A DNA stretch of 64,000 bases from Candidatus Poribacteria bacterium (lineage in GTDB: Bacteria; Poribacteria; WGA-4E; WGA-3G): positions 1-64,000 of the forward strand of contig CAXXUA010000006.1 of assembly GCA_963663765.2 (NCBI GenBank). The letters run 5' to 3'. Shown here in pieces: positions 33,401 to 43,580 of the stretch (positions are counted from its first letter, which is position 1; each line of letters begins with the position of its first letter). The position numbers and the translations under genes are program-made. The notes beneath the pieces were generated by a model that was not told the DNA's origin, did not search any database, and worked only from the letters and a program-made list of their open reading frames with translations.

Positions 33401-33833
33401 CCGAGAACCGCTTCTCACCCTTTTGCGAAATAATCGTAATGTCAAAATATACCTAAAAAATGAAAGCGAACCGTTACCTGTCACCCTATCCTATTTCCGT
33501 GCCGAACATACCGATGCGGGTGTCAAGCTGAAATGGATTACGGAGTCAGAGGTAGACAACGCTGGTTTCTACATCTACCGCAGTGAAACAAGACATGGTG
33601 AATTCAAGGTTGTGAATCCCACTATGATACAAGGCGCAGGTACAACAGGTGAACGTCATAAATACACTTGGACAGATACCACTGCTAAACTGAATACTAT
33701 CTACTATTATCGTATTAAAGATGTGTCGCATGCGGGGGAACGCGAGCAGTTAGCCACTGTTCGTCTGAGAGGATTAGTGTCTGCAAGTGGTAAACTGATA
33801 ACTCGATGGGCTGTTTTAAAAGGTAAAAGATGA
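30456..33833 (+). CDS. Secreted zinc metallopeptidase + LRR + 3 cadherin + LRR + C-terminal PLPVTL domain protein
   Basis: Signal peptide; HELGHTFGLPH; LRRs; three 107-aa (321-bp) NNPPVF...LDFETK cadherin repeats; ends GKLITRWAVLK. Confidence 0.9.
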   Translation: MKRTLSLTLILLTFVLYIFSKTASAEYYVRTIYFHPSDIPPHANSISTLRSLVDSTKQFFADEMANHGFGSKTFTTETDTSGNTLVHTVTGKSTNTEYAAGTGDITQEVGEMFDLSLNVVYLIWTDIDYGAPPNNDYSTLSVGGWGSGNSFSGSAQVSGARVHIANEISHVYDRTLVGIAHELGHTFGLPHDFRDDYYIMSYGNPINKDQLSFCSAKWLDASRYFNSSQTSSDPFSATISMSTLTLVSAPNTIRFSFQVTDSDGLHQAVLLSEFTDGGGVVDCKSLSGDSATIEFDTTEIGTANTYVALLVMDVQGNFTSKTFLIDVSSILTVTGNAEIPDKSLAESIRKSLNLASNATITKQKMWELRTFTAKGATGFINDPIGIPITDLTGLEHAINLESINISNHSVSSLLPMSGLTKLKTMIAGNNEISNISSLAGLTQLDTLHLTRNQISDITSLAGLTRLTVLDLSNNQIVDIGPLRTLTNLSQLYLTNNQISDVSPLSGLTSLLTLSLLGNLITDQTPLETLKNQNPELQITIDEAPVVTNNPPVFSDGISTARLVPENTEVGTNIGAPVTATDPDTRDTLTYTLEGTDKDAFDIDRATGQLKTKADVELDFETKPSYTITVTATDTGGLTTTITVNINLQNIDEAVDNNPPVFSDSSVTRLVPEGVDAGTNIGDPVTAIDPDTGDTLTYSLGGTDKDAFVIDNETGQLKTKAGVELDFETKPSYTITVTATDSEGLTATITVNINLQDVNETADNNPPVFSDSSITRLVPEDVSAGTNIGDPVTAIDPDTGDTLTYSLGGTDKDAFVIDNETGQLKTKAGVELDFETKPSYTITVTATDSEGLTATITVNINLQDIDEAVEVEIITIPDENLASAIRETLSLEVDADITQSDMEQLESLSATNQEITDLTGLEYAINLQNLVLTDNQISDIRPLSGLITLVELSLQDNHISDVTPLAGLINLDRLDLVGNPITNREPLLTLLRNNRNVKIYLKNESEPLPVTLSYFRAEHTDAGVKLKWITESEVDNAGFYIYRSETRHGEFKVVNPTMIQGAGTTGERHKYTWTDTTAKLNTIYYYRIKDVSHAGEREQLATVRLRGLVSASGKLITRWAVLKGKR

Positions 33834-34212
33834 TAGCTGTGCGATCCGTGTAAGTTGTCTGAACCAGGATTAGCGGATTTGTCTGAACCAGGATTCACAG
33901 GATTAGTAGATTTCCAGGATTAGCATCTGGTGCATCTTGCCTCCATTCAAAAGAAAACATCAATGTGTATCATAAAGATTGGATAGGGTAATCCCGTGGA
34001 ATGCCCTAAAGCATTCATACCCGGGGAATGCTTTAGGGCATTCATACCGTTGATTTCTTGATTTGTGAATCCTGGTTCAGACAGAAGCGCGCAGACTGTC
34101 GGGTGGTGTGGCGTGCTTACAAAGCACGCCACACCAAGAGGTTTTCTCCGCGATTCCGCACACCAATCCGCGTCATCCGTTGTTACTGAAAACTAAAAAC
34201 TACTAACTAACA

Positions 34213-35298
34213 TCACTCAGCCACGGTACGCGTGATGACAGAATGGTCAGCACTACCAGTCACAAGGACACTCCCATCCGGACTGAATGCAACGCTGTTC
34301 ACTTGAGCCACATGATCCGTGAATGTTTCCAGTTCCGACCCGCTGTTTGCATCCCACAGACGCGCGGTCATGTCCCAACTGGCAGTCGCGACCTTGCTAC
34401 TATCCGAACTGAACGCAACGCCGATGACTTGAGCCGTATGTCCCGTGAGCGTACGCAGGTGCATGCCATCGGATGCGTCCCACAAACGAGCGGTGTTGTC
34501 AGAACAGCCACTGGCGATCATACTCCCATCCGGACTGAACACGACGCTGTTTATATCATGCGTATGTCCTGTCATCGTGCGGATCTCCGTGCCATCGCTG
34601 ACGTTCCACATACGGACGGTATCGTCATAACTGCCACTGACGAGCGTGTCCCCATCCGGACTGAACGCAACCGTTCTGGCAGCATCCGTGTGTCCTTCAA
34701 GCTTGCGAATTTCCGTGCCGTTGCTTGGGTTCCAAAAACGGATGGTGCGGTCGAAACCAGCAGTCGCAAGAATATCACCATCCGGATTGAACGCAACATA
34801 AGTGACACTATCCGTATGTCCTGTGATGGTGAGGATTTCAGAACCGTCGCTCGTGTCCCACAGACGCGCAGTGTTGTCAAAAGCAGCAGTCGCGAGCATA
34901 GTGCCATCCGGACTGAACGTTATGTTTCTGACAATATCCGTATGTCCTGTGAGCGTGTGTAGTTCAGTGCCATCGCTTGCGTCCCACAACTTGGCGGTGT
35001 TGTCATAAGCACCACTTGCGATCATGTCGCCTTCCGGACTGAACGCCACGCTGTAGATGGTATTCGTATGTCCTGTGAGAGAACCGACAAAATAGACTTC
35101 TTCCGGTTCTTCGGGTTCTTCCGGTTCCTCAGGTTCTTCCGGTTCCTCAGGTTCTTCCGGTTCGGTTCCATTCGTTTGGTTATCCATGTTGTTAGCCATC
35201 ATTTGGTCGTCTTTATCTGTTGTGTCATCATCATCGCCGCCACATGCGACCATCATAATGCAGACAAGAATGCTGAGTATCACTAAACTTTTTTTCAT
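34213..35298 (-). CDS. WD40 lipoprotein (7 blades) with (EEP)n linker
   Basis: Lipobox MVAC; 42-aa GHT...W repeats; 9-bp tandem repeat ~35097-35165. Confidence 0.9.
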   Translation of the reverse strand: MKKSLVILSILVCIMMVACGGDDDDTTDKDDQMMANNMDNQTNGTEPEEPEEPEEPEEPEEPEEPEEVYFVGSLTGHTNTIYSVAFSPEGDMIASGAYDNTAKLWDASDGTELHTLTGHTDIVRNITFSPDGTMLATAAFDNTARLWDTSDGSEILTITGHTDSVTYVAFNPDGDILATAGFDRTIRFWNPSNGTEIRKLEGHTDAARTVAFSPDGDTLVSGSYDDTVRMWNVSDGTEIRTMTGHTHDINSVVFSPDGSMIASGCSDNTARLWDASDGMHLRTLTGHTAQVIGVAFSSDSSKVATASWDMTARLWDANSGSELETFTDHVAQVNSVAFSPDGSVLVTGSADHSVITRTVAE

Positions 35299-35523
35299 CT
35301 TATACTCCTTTTTAATTGAATTTTGCTGCAATTATAATTCATAAACAAAATTATGTCAAGATGTGGTAAATCCTGAAAATCCGTGATTCTGTCTGAAACA
35401 GGATTTTCAGGATTAGTATATTTTCAGGATTACGCTATCAAGTTGCAGGCGGGGAATGCCTTTTGGCATTCCCCGGATATGAATACCTTATGGTATTCGC
35501 CGCCTGCAAGTGAGGCAAAACAA

Positions 35524-35571
35524 TTGACAATGTTATCGTTTTATGATGTAATATGTCCAAATATTACATCA
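35524..35571 (+). promoter_or_regulatory. Promoter with overlapping palindromic operator-like site
   Basis: TTGACA-17-TGTAAT; perfect IR TGATGTAATAT-6-ATATTACATCA at 35544-35571; related sites upstream of three paralogues. Confidence 0.55.
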
Positions 35572-35586
35572 CAAAAGGAGTTATGT

Positions 35587-36627
35587 ATGAAAAGATGCTT
35601 ATTGATGATACTCAGTCTTTTCCTCGCTATGATGATCGTTGCGTGTGGAGGTGATGATGATGAGACAACTACACCTATAGAAGACGATAATATGGTGATG
35701 GATAACGGCACACAAACGCCTATAGAACTGCTACCAGAACCTGTCAGGACCTATTATTCAGGCACACTCATAGGACATACGGGTGATGTTGATTCCGTCG
35801 CGTTTAGTCCGGATGGGAGCATTCTCGCCAGTGGAAGTAGAGACAACACCGTTCGTTTGTGGAACACAAGTGACGGCACGCCTCTTCGCACACTCACAGG
35901 ACATACGGGTGATGTTGTTTCCGTGGCTTTCAGTCCGGATGGGAGCATACTCGCCAGTGGGAGTTATGACTACACCGTGCGTTTGTGGAACACAAGTGAC
36001 GGCACACCTCTCCACACACTTACAGGGCATACGTTTGCTGTCCTCAGCATATCATTCAGTCCGGATGGTAAGACAATTGTGAGTTGCAGTAGTGACAACA
36101 CCATCCGTTTGTGGAATGTAGACGACGGCACACACCTCCGCACGTTCACAGAACATACGCATTTTGTCTTGGATGTCGCTTTCAGTCCGGATGGTAAAAC
36201 TCTCGCCAGTTGCAGTGGGGACAACACTATCCGTTTGTGGAATGTAAGTGATGGTCAACAGCTCCAAATCTTTACAGAACTAACAGGAATCGTCGCTTTC
36301 AGTCCGGATGGAGACACCCTCGCCACTGTCAGTAGAGATGACATCCGTTTGTTGAACGTAAGTGACGGCTCGCATATCCGTACACTCAGAGGGCATTTGA
36401 ATAGTGTTTGGGACGTCGCGTTCAGTCCGGATGGTAAAACTCTCGCCAGTTGCAGTATTGACAGGACCGTCCGTTTGTGGAATGTAGACGACGGCTTGCT
36501 TCTTCGCACGTTCACATCCACATCGATTTTTGATGTTTTGTGGAGCGTAGCGTTCAGTTCTGACGGTAATGCCCTCGCCAGTGGTAGTCAGGAAAATACC
36601 ATCCGTCTGTGGGATGTACGTGAGTGA
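35587..36627 (+). CDS. WD40 lipoprotein (7 blades)
   Basis: AAGGAG RBS; MKRCLL...IVAC lipobox; 7 WD40 repeats. Confidence 0.9.
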   Translation: MKRCLLMILSLFLAMMIVACGGDDDETTTPIEDDNMVMDNGTQTPIELLPEPVRTYYSGTLIGHTGDVDSVAFSPDGSILASGSRDNTVRLWNTSDGTPLRTLTGHTGDVVSVAFSPDGSILASGSYDYTVRLWNTSDGTPLHTLTGHTFAVLSISFSPDGKTIVSCSSDNTIRLWNVDDGTHLRTFTEHTHFVLDVAFSPDGKTLASCSGDNTIRLWNVSDGQQLQIFTELTGIVAFSPDGDTLATVSRDDIRLLNVSDGSHIRTLRGHLNSVWDVAFSPDGKTLASCSIDRTVRLWNVDDGLLLRTFTSTSIFDVLWSVAFSSDGNALASGSQENTIRLWDVRE

Positions 36628-36774
36628 TGCGGGTTATCTGAACCAGGATTTTCAGGATTAGTAGATTTCCAGGATTACGCTATCCAGTTGCAGGCGGGGA
36701 ATGCATAAATGCGAATGCGCGTATGGCATTCGCCATGATTCATACCGTTGATTTGGTGCTTTGTAAGCGCCCCC

Positions 36775-36917
36775 CATAGGCGTCAATTTAAGAAAATATT
36801 GTTGTCATTTTTCTTGTGGGAGGGGTTTTCAACCCCGATTTGAGCGGAAATGCACTAAAAAATCGGGGTTGAAAACCCCTCCCACAAAAGGTGAAAATCC
36901 TTAAATTGACGCCTATG
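36775..36917. mobile_element. Type D MITE with 19-bp TSD, inserted in a REP
   Basis: Flanks 36756-36774 and 36918-36936 match at 18/19; carries a TGTGGGAGGGG REP doublet. Confidence 0.88.
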
Positions 36918-37233
36918 GTGCTTTGTAAGCGCGCCCTCTTGTCTGACCCAGGATTTTCAGGATTACCAGATTTTCAGGATTAGAGTCTGGTGCATCTTGC
37001 CTCCATTCACCAGATAACATCAATGTGTATCAAAAATCCTTGATAGCATAATCCTGATAATCCACTAATCCCGGGGAATGCTATATAGCATTCATACCGT
37101 TGATTTCTTGATTTGAAAATCCTGGTTCAGACACTCCGTGTAATCTGCGATTCAGAACACAAATCCGCCTCACCTGCTATTCCGAACACAAACCAGCGTC
37201 CTCCGTGTAATCCTTGTTTCCGTTCACACCATA

Positions 37234-39123
37234 CTACTGAACATCCCAGAGCATGACCGTGTCCTGACGAGTCAGGCTACCCAACGTCTTTCCATCTGAT
37301 GTGAACGCAACTTTGGTAACAGAAGCGTAATGCCACGAAAATGTGTGCTGCACAGTCCCTGTCGTTGCATCTAATACCTTCACTGCACCTAAATTATACC
37401 CCACGGCGAGCCGCTTACCATCCGGGCTATAAGCAAGACTCAAGACATGATCGTCTTGGTGCTTGAATGCCGTGTTCATCGTGTGCTTCTGCGTATCCCA
37501 CAGATATATGGTTTTGGTATGGTCCGCAATCGCAAACGTTTTGCCATCCGGACTATAGGCGAGACTTGCAATCCTGTCAAACTTTTCTCGGATGACATGT
37601 TTGACCGTGCCAGTGTCCACATGCCATAGACGCACAGTCTTATCACTACTGCCACTTACCAGGGTTTTGCCATCCGGACTATAAACAATATCCGTAACAC
37701 TCTGTTTATGCCCTTCAAGTGTGCGTTGATGTTCACCTGTTCCGACATCCCAGAGGCGAATCGTGTTATCCTTACGACCCGTTGCGAGTGTTTTGCCATC
37801 CGGACTATATGCGACACACAAGGGATACGACTTATGTCCGTTCAGCACCATTTTTATTTTACCTGTCCCTCGATCCCACACGTTGACACCGCTTCCGTAA
37901 TTCGCAATAGCGATCATCTTGCCATCCGGACTCAACGCAACGTCAGCGAAAGGCGAATATCCATCATTGATAAATGTTTTCTGTAGACCGCACGATGTCA
38001 CATCCCATAGATAGACATGAGTGGCAAAACCCTGTGAGACGATATTGTCATCATCCGGACAGAAAGCAAAGCAGGTGAAAATGCCTAAGTGTTCATTTTC
38101 CGTATATATGTTTTTCCCAGAAGCAACGTCCCAGAAACGGAGTGTATTGTCTATACCGGTACTCGCGATGGTGCGATAATCAGGATTGAATGCAACTGTC
38201 ATCACTTGGTCATTATGACCTTTAAGCGTTTGCGCCTTTTCGGCGGTGTCTGTCAGGTATAACTGGATCGTTCCATCTGAGTTGCAAGTGGCAAAAAGGG
38301 TGCTGTCCGGACTAAAGACGATGCTATTAAAAACGTCCTTCTGAATATTGATGGTGTGTAGTTGTTTGCCTGTTTCCGTGTTCCAGAGGCGAATGTTCTT
38401 TGCACCTCCCACGCTTGCCAAGATTGCACCGTCGTGACTGAACGTTAAAGACTTCGGATGTGTCTCGTGTCCTTTGAGTGTCCGTATATTTTTACCGGTA
38501 AAGAGATCCCACACATGTATGTTATTATTGTTATCATATCCGGTTGCTAACAGTAGCTTAGCATCACAGATGGCACTGCAAAAAATGTGTTCACCAATAT
38601 CTTGTATCTGTGCAAGCTCGTGTTTTTTCTCGCCTGTGTCAGCATCCCAAGTAATTGTTTCCCCGTTGTCATCAAAGGTCACAAAGGATTTTGAATCTGA
38701 TGCGAAAGCGACATATAGGACACGTGCCTCGTAGTTAAGTCTATATTTATGCGTGCCTGTTTTGCTATCCCACAGATGGACGACACCCTTTAGTCCATTA
38801 CTGGCAAGCAGCTGCCCATCCGGACTAAAAACGATATTCGTGACATACGTTTTATGTTTGCTCAGCAAACGGATTGGCTGAAAGGTGAGTGTGTCATAAA
38901 TCCAGACACCGAGAGATGTTGCTACCGCCAGCTGTCTGCCATCCGCGTTGTATTGTATATCGTTTATGCGACCTTTACCGATACGTGCTTTTGCCCCTTC
39001 CGGTAAGTCTATGAAAGCACTCGAGACCTGTGCACAAACCGTGGGATGATAGAGGATTGAAAGGGCAAAAAGCAGCAGCCATATTGTTGTGTGAAATCTG
39101 TTTTGGATATGCATGTGTATCAC
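37234..39123 (-). CDS. Secreted WD40 repeat protein (~14 blades)
   Basis: Signal-like N-terminus; LPEGAKARIGKG leader; many SPDG/LWD repeats. Confidence 0.88.
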   Translation of the reverse strand: MIHMHIQNRFHTTIWLLLFALSILYHPTVCAQVSSAFIDLPEGAKARIGKGRINDIQYNADGRQLAVATSLGVWIYDTLTFQPIRLLSKHKTYVTNIVFSPDGQLLASNGLKGVVHLWDSKTGTHKYRLNYEARVLYVAFASDSKSFVTFDDNGETITWDADTGEKKHELAQIQDIGEHIFCSAICDAKLLLATGYDNNNNIHVWDLFTGKNIRTLKGHETHPKSLTFSHDGAILASVGGAKNIRLWNTETGKQLHTINIQKDVFNSIVFSPDSTLFATCNSDGTIQLYLTDTAEKAQTLKGHNDQVMTVAFNPDYRTIASTGIDNTLRFWDVASGKNIYTENEHLGIFTCFAFCPDDDNIVSQGFATHVYLWDVTSCGLQKTFINDGYSPFADVALSPDGKMIAIANYGSGVNVWDRGTGKIKMVLNGHKSYPLCVAYSPDGKTLATGRKDNTIRLWDVGTGEHQRTLEGHKQSVTDIVYSPDGKTLVSGSSDKTVRLWHVDTGTVKHVIREKFDRIASLAYSPDGKTFAIADHTKTIYLWDTQKHTMNTAFKHQDDHVLSLAYSPDGKRLAVGYNLGAVKVLDATTGTVQHTFSWHYASVTKVAFTSDGKTLGSLTRQDTVMLWDVQ

Positions 39124-39541
39124 CTGTATATATTATACCAAATTAATCTATACTGTGCCATGTTGTAGGCGGGGAATGCCTAAATGGCATTCATACCGTT
39201 GATTTGGTGCTTTGTAAGTGCGCCCTCTTATCTGAACCAGGATTTACAGGATTTACGGATTTACAGGATTTCCCCCATTAGATGTTTCTTCTTAGAGAAA
39301 GTCTATCTTTTCAATGGACTCAACGGCATAAAACTCACAATCCTGAAAATCTGGTAATCCTGTAAATCCTGGTTCAGACAGCATTAGATGTTTCTGCTTA
39401 GAGAAAGTCTATCTTTTCAATGGAACCCAACAGCATAAAACTCACAATCCTGTCCATCCGGTAATCCTGTCCATCCTGGTTCAGACAAATAACATCTGTG
39501 TCCTCCGCGATTCAGAACGCACACCCCGCGTTGGTAGGAAC

Positions 39542-41003
39542 GGGTGTGTAAAGTTTTTGTAGAAATACTGATGTGTAAAGAGATGTTGCGAAATTTAATA
39601 AAAAATGGTACCCTTTCCTAATAATCAAATTATAATCATATTTATAGGAGAGGATACCAATGCTCAATATTAATATAAGTATACCATCAGAGTGTCACGA
39701 AATCAAGGAGATTTTAGAAGAGATCGCTGAGGTTACTGGAACACTTTCGTCATCCCCTTGCGTCCCATTAGAAGAAGTTGAGACTTGTGTGCGAGACCTT
39801 ATGCTTAGAAATGCTCAAAAGTTAGTAGAAGCGTGTGTATCAGCACATGCTTCTCAGCAATCAGAAGAACCTGTTGAATGCCCAGAATGTGAACAAGTGT
39901 GTCGTCCGATACAGAAGCGCGGTGTGAATATCACGACACTTTGTGGCAAGATCCGTGTGAACCGTTGGGTGTATAAATGTAGTTCGGGACATTACCATAG
40001 ACCTTGGGATGTGCGGCAAAAGTTGATAGGTAAATGGACGCGTCGTGTTGTAGAACGGATATGTAATGTTGCTGCTCATTTTGACTATAGAGCCGCGGTA
40101 AAAGAGTTGTCTTTTCAAGGGATAGAAGTGAGCCATACGGCAGTGCGTGAAAAAGTGCTTGAATGTTCAGAAGATTTGAATGTGTGTGAACAAGTAGAAT
40201 GCCAAACCCTTGAAGACAATCAGCGTTGGTATGTGAGTTGTGATGGATGCCACACCAACTCACAAGAGGGGTGGAAAGAAACCAAAGTTGGTTGTATTTA
40301 TAGAGATTATCCACAACCTCCGAATAGTTCTGGTGCGACACCGAGTGCGAGAACACCAAGCATTCGTTATGTTGCTGAGCGTGAGAATGCGGCTCATTTC
40401 GGTAAAGAGTTGTATAAGTTAGCAACGCAGAGCGGCATCTATCAAGAAGATATAGGGACGCAAGAGGTCGTATTTATCGGAGATGGAGCGGCGTGGATAT
40501 GGAACTTAGCGGATGAATACTTCCCGAATGCTGTAGAGATTGTGGATTACATGCATGCCAAATCACATCTTTATGATGTGGCTAAAGTTGCCTTTGGTGA
40601 GACAGAAACAGAAGACGTAGAAACTTGGGTCACAGAGACAGAACCCTTTCTTTTTGATGGCAACATTCCAGAAGTTGTCTCACGTATCCGTGCTTTAGCC
40701 ACACAGCACCCAGACGTTTGTGAGATTTTAGTAAGAGAAACAGGTTATTTTGAAAAACACGCGAAACGGATGCAATATAAGACGTTTAGAGAAAAGGGGT
40801 ATCAGGTTGGGAGTGGTGTGATTGAGAGTGCGTGTAAACATGTTGTGGGACAAAGGTGTAAACAAGCAGCTATGAGATGGAAAAAAGAAGGTATCAACTC
40901 AGTGCTTGCTTTACGGTGTTTAGTCAAAAATAAGGCGTGGGACAGATATTGGATGCAACACCCACAAGCAGCATGAAACTTATAACCAAAACTTTACACA
41001 CCC
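39542..41003 (+). mobile_element. Complete ISKra4-family-like insertion sequence, 9-bp TSD
   Basis: 16-bp TIR GGGTGTGTAAAGTTTT; GGTAGGAAC at 39533-39541 and 41004-41012. Confidence 0.9.
39660..40976 (+). CDS. ISKra4-family transposase
   Basis: VSCDG, GDGAAWIW, VDYMHAKSHL, GSGVIESACKHVV...RW motifs; Zn-ribbon CPEC. Confidence 0.88.
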   Translation: MLNINISIPSECHEIKEILEEIAEVTGTLSSSPCVPLEEVETCVRDLMLRNAQKLVEACVSAHASQQSEEPVECPECEQVCRPIQKRGVNITTLCGKIRVNRWVYKCSSGHYHRPWDVRQKLIGKWTRRVVERICNVAAHFDYRAAVKELSFQGIEVSHTAVREKVLECSEDLNVCEQVECQTLEDNQRWYVSCDGCHTNSQEGWKETKVGCIYRDYPQPPNSSGATPSARTPSIRYVAERENAAHFGKELYKLATQSGIYQEDIGTQEVVFIGDGAAWIWNLADEYFPNAVEIVDYMHAKSHLYDVAKVAFGETETEDVETWVTETEPFLFDGNIPEVVSRIRALATQHPDVCEILVRETGYFEKHAKRMQYKTFREKGYQVGSGVIESACKHVVGQRCKQAAMRWKKEGINSVLALRCLVKNKAWDRYWMQHPQAA

Positions 41004-41082
41004 GGTAGGAACGACCTCTTTGACTAAATAAGAAATCTATGCTAAACTACACACTAAATCAAATAATCAAAGAAGGTATATA

Positions 41083-42930
41083 ATGAAAAAACTATTAATA
41101 CCAATCCTAATGACAATGATCATCACCCTCATCACAGCATGCAGCAACAACTCAAAATCACAAAATACACAAATTGTTCTACCCGAAGGCGCAAAAACAC
41201 GACTCGGTAAAGGAACTATCGGACAGATTCAGTTCTCACCAGACAGCACCAAACTTGCCGTAGCGAGTCGTATCGGTATCTGGATTTACAACGCAAAAAC
41301 AGGTGAAGAAATTGACCTATATGCAGGACAAACGAGATATGTGTCTTCTATAGCATTTAGTCCTGATGGCAACACACTCGCAGGCGGAAGTTGGGACGAA
41401 ACTATCCGACTGTGGGATGTCAAGACAGGTGAGCATACCCGCACCCTTCAAGGACATACGGGGGCTGTTATTTCTGTAGGATTTAGTCCTGATGGTAAGA
41501 CACTTGCAAGTGCAAGTGTGGACAAAACTATCCGGCTGTGGGACGTCAAGACAGGTGAACATACCCACACACTTCAAGGACATACGAGATATGTGTCTTC
41601 TATAGCATTTAGTCTGGATGGCAACACACTCGCAAGTGGAAGTTGGGACGAAACGATCCGGCTGTGGGACGTCAAGACAGCTGAACATACCCGCACCCTT
41701 CAAGGACATACGAGGGCTGTCCTTTCTGTAGCATTTAGTCCTGATGGTAAGACACTAGCGAGCGGAAGTTCGGACGAAACGATCCGGCTGTGGGACGCCA
41801 AGACAGCTGAACATATCCACACCCTTCAAGGACATACAGAGATTGTCCTTTCTGTAGCATTTAGTCCTGATGGTAGCACTATCGCAAGTGGAAGTGAGGA
41901 CGATACAATTTGGCTGTGGGACGCCAAGACAGCTGAACATACTCACACACTTCAAGGACATAGGGGAGATGTTAGATCTGTAGCATTTAGTCCTGATGGT
42001 AAGACACTCGCAAGTGGAAGTTGGGCCGAAACTATCCGGCTGTGGGACGCCAAGACAGCTGAACATATCCACACCTTTCAAGGACATACAGGGATTGTCC
42101 TTTCTGTAGCATTTAGTCCTGATGGCAAGACACTCGTAAGTGGAAGTGAGGACGATACAATTCGGTTGTGGGACGCCAAGACAGCTGAACATATCCACAC
42201 CCTTCAAGGACATACTGAGTCTGTTATTTCTGTAGCATTTAGTCCTGATGGTAGCACTATCGCAAGTGGAAGTGAGGACGATACAATTTGGCTGTGGGAC
42301 GCCAAGACAGCTGAACATATCCACACCTTTCAAGGACATACTGAGTCTGTTATTTCTGTAGCATTTAGTCCGGATGGTAGCACTATCGCAAGTGGAAGTG
42401 GGGACGATACGATCCGGCTGTGGGATGCCAAGACAGCTGAACATATCCGCACCCTTCAAGGACATACTGAGTCTGTTATTTCTGTAGCATTTAGTCCTGA
42501 TGGTAGCACTATCGCAAGTGGAAGTTATGACGATACAATTCGGCTGTGGGTCGTCAAGACAGCTGAACATATCCACACCCTTCAAGGACATACTGTGTCT
42601 GTTAATTCTTTAGCGTTTAGTCCTGATGGTAAGACACTCGCAAGTGCAAGTAGGGACAAAACTATCCGGCTGTGGGACGCCAAGACAGCTGAACATCTCC
42701 GCACCTTTCAAGGACATACTGATTATGTTAATTCTGTAGCATTTAGTCCGGATGGTAACACACTCGCAAGTGGGAGTAGGGACAAAACTATCCGACTGTG
42801 GGATTCCAAGACAGCTGAACATACCCACACACTTCAAGGACATAGGGGAGATGTTAGATCTTTAGCATTTAGTCCGGATGGTAAGACACTCGCAAGTGCA
42901 AGTGTGGACGGCACCATACTGCTGTGGTAA
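41083..42930 (+). CDS. WD40 lipoprotein with 13 near-identical 126-bp repeats plus a divergent first blade
   Basis: Lipobox ITAC; GHTxxVxSVAFSPDGxTxASGSxDxTIRLWDAKTAEH repeats. Confidence 0.92.
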   Translation: MKKLLIPILMTMIITLITACSNNSKSQNTQIVLPEGAKTRLGKGTIGQIQFSPDSTKLAVASRIGIWIYNAKTGEEIDLYAGQTRYVSSIAFSPDGNTLAGGSWDETIRLWDVKTGEHTRTLQGHTGAVISVGFSPDGKTLASASVDKTIRLWDVKTGEHTHTLQGHTRYVSSIAFSLDGNTLASGSWDETIRLWDVKTAEHTRTLQGHTRAVLSVAFSPDGKTLASGSSDETIRLWDAKTAEHIHTLQGHTEIVLSVAFSPDGSTIASGSEDDTIWLWDAKTAEHTHTLQGHRGDVRSVAFSPDGKTLASGSWAETIRLWDAKTAEHIHTFQGHTGIVLSVAFSPDGKTLVSGSEDDTIRLWDAKTAEHIHTLQGHTESVISVAFSPDGSTIASGSEDDTIWLWDAKTAEHIHTFQGHTESVISVAFSPDGSTIASGSGDDTIRLWDAKTAEHIRTLQGHTESVISVAFSPDGSTIASGSYDDTIRLWVVKTAEHIHTLQGHTVSVNSLAFSPDGKTLASASRDKTIRLWDAKTAEHLRTFQGHTDYVNSVAFSPDGNTLASGSRDKTIRLWDSKTAEHTHTLQGHRGDVRSLAFSPDGKTLASASVDGTILLW

Positions 42931-43234
42931 CTGCATCCTATCTTTTGGAGGGTTCCCTCTTATGGGAGGGGTTTTCAACCCAGACGAACTCCAACGTTGT
43001 CTGAACCAGGATTTTCAGGATTATCGGATTACCAGGATTTTCCCCATCAAGTGTTTATGCTTAGAGAAGTCTATTTTTCAATGGAAATCAATGGCATAAA
43101 ACTCATAATCCTGTCCATCCGTTAATCCTGCAAATCCTGGTTCAGACAAATAACACCCGCGTAATCCGCGTAATCCCTGATTCAGAACACCAAATCCGCG
43201 CAAACGGTCGGGGTTGAAAACCCCTCCCACAAGA

Positions 43235-43481
43235 CTTACTTTTACCCATAAGTCAAATTGGAGGTACAAAGGCACGCCATGCTGCTGTAGGAGGGGTTTC
43301 TAACCCCGATAGATTACAGAAAACTGGTCATAAGAACTAAAAAATCTTGTGAAACTTGTCTAAAAGGCCTATAACGGTATTCTACATCTAAAATATTGGT
43401 CAGTTTTCAGGTGTTTTTGAGCAATAGGCACCCACAAAAGACTTAACGGACTATACCCAAAAACTTATGGGTAATTGTAAG
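43235..43481. mobile_element. MITE type G (TIR CTTACWWTTACCCATAAGT), 9-bp TSD CCCACAAGA
   Basis: TIR 17/19 match; TSD at 43226-43234 and 43482-43490; inserted in a REP and carries a gtaggaggggtttctaacccc REP. Confidence 0.85.
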
Positions 43482-43580
43482 CCCACAAGAAGGGTGTTGA
43501 TATGTGTTTATGATCATTTCGGAATAGGATGTGGTGGGATAATCCTGATAATCCTGGTTCAGACAATAAAACCCGCGTCA

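Noticed and set aside
41317-42843. Antisense and alternate-frame ORFs over WD40 genes (also 34243, 46427, 46560, 47758, 52477)
   Set aside because: Shadow ORFs caused by repeat periodicity.
41083-42930. Diversity-generating retroelement acting on WD40 blades
   Set aside because: Some variable codons look NNT, but others are NNG, and there is no reverse transcriptase or adenine-rich template repeat here; a remote DGR is not excluded.
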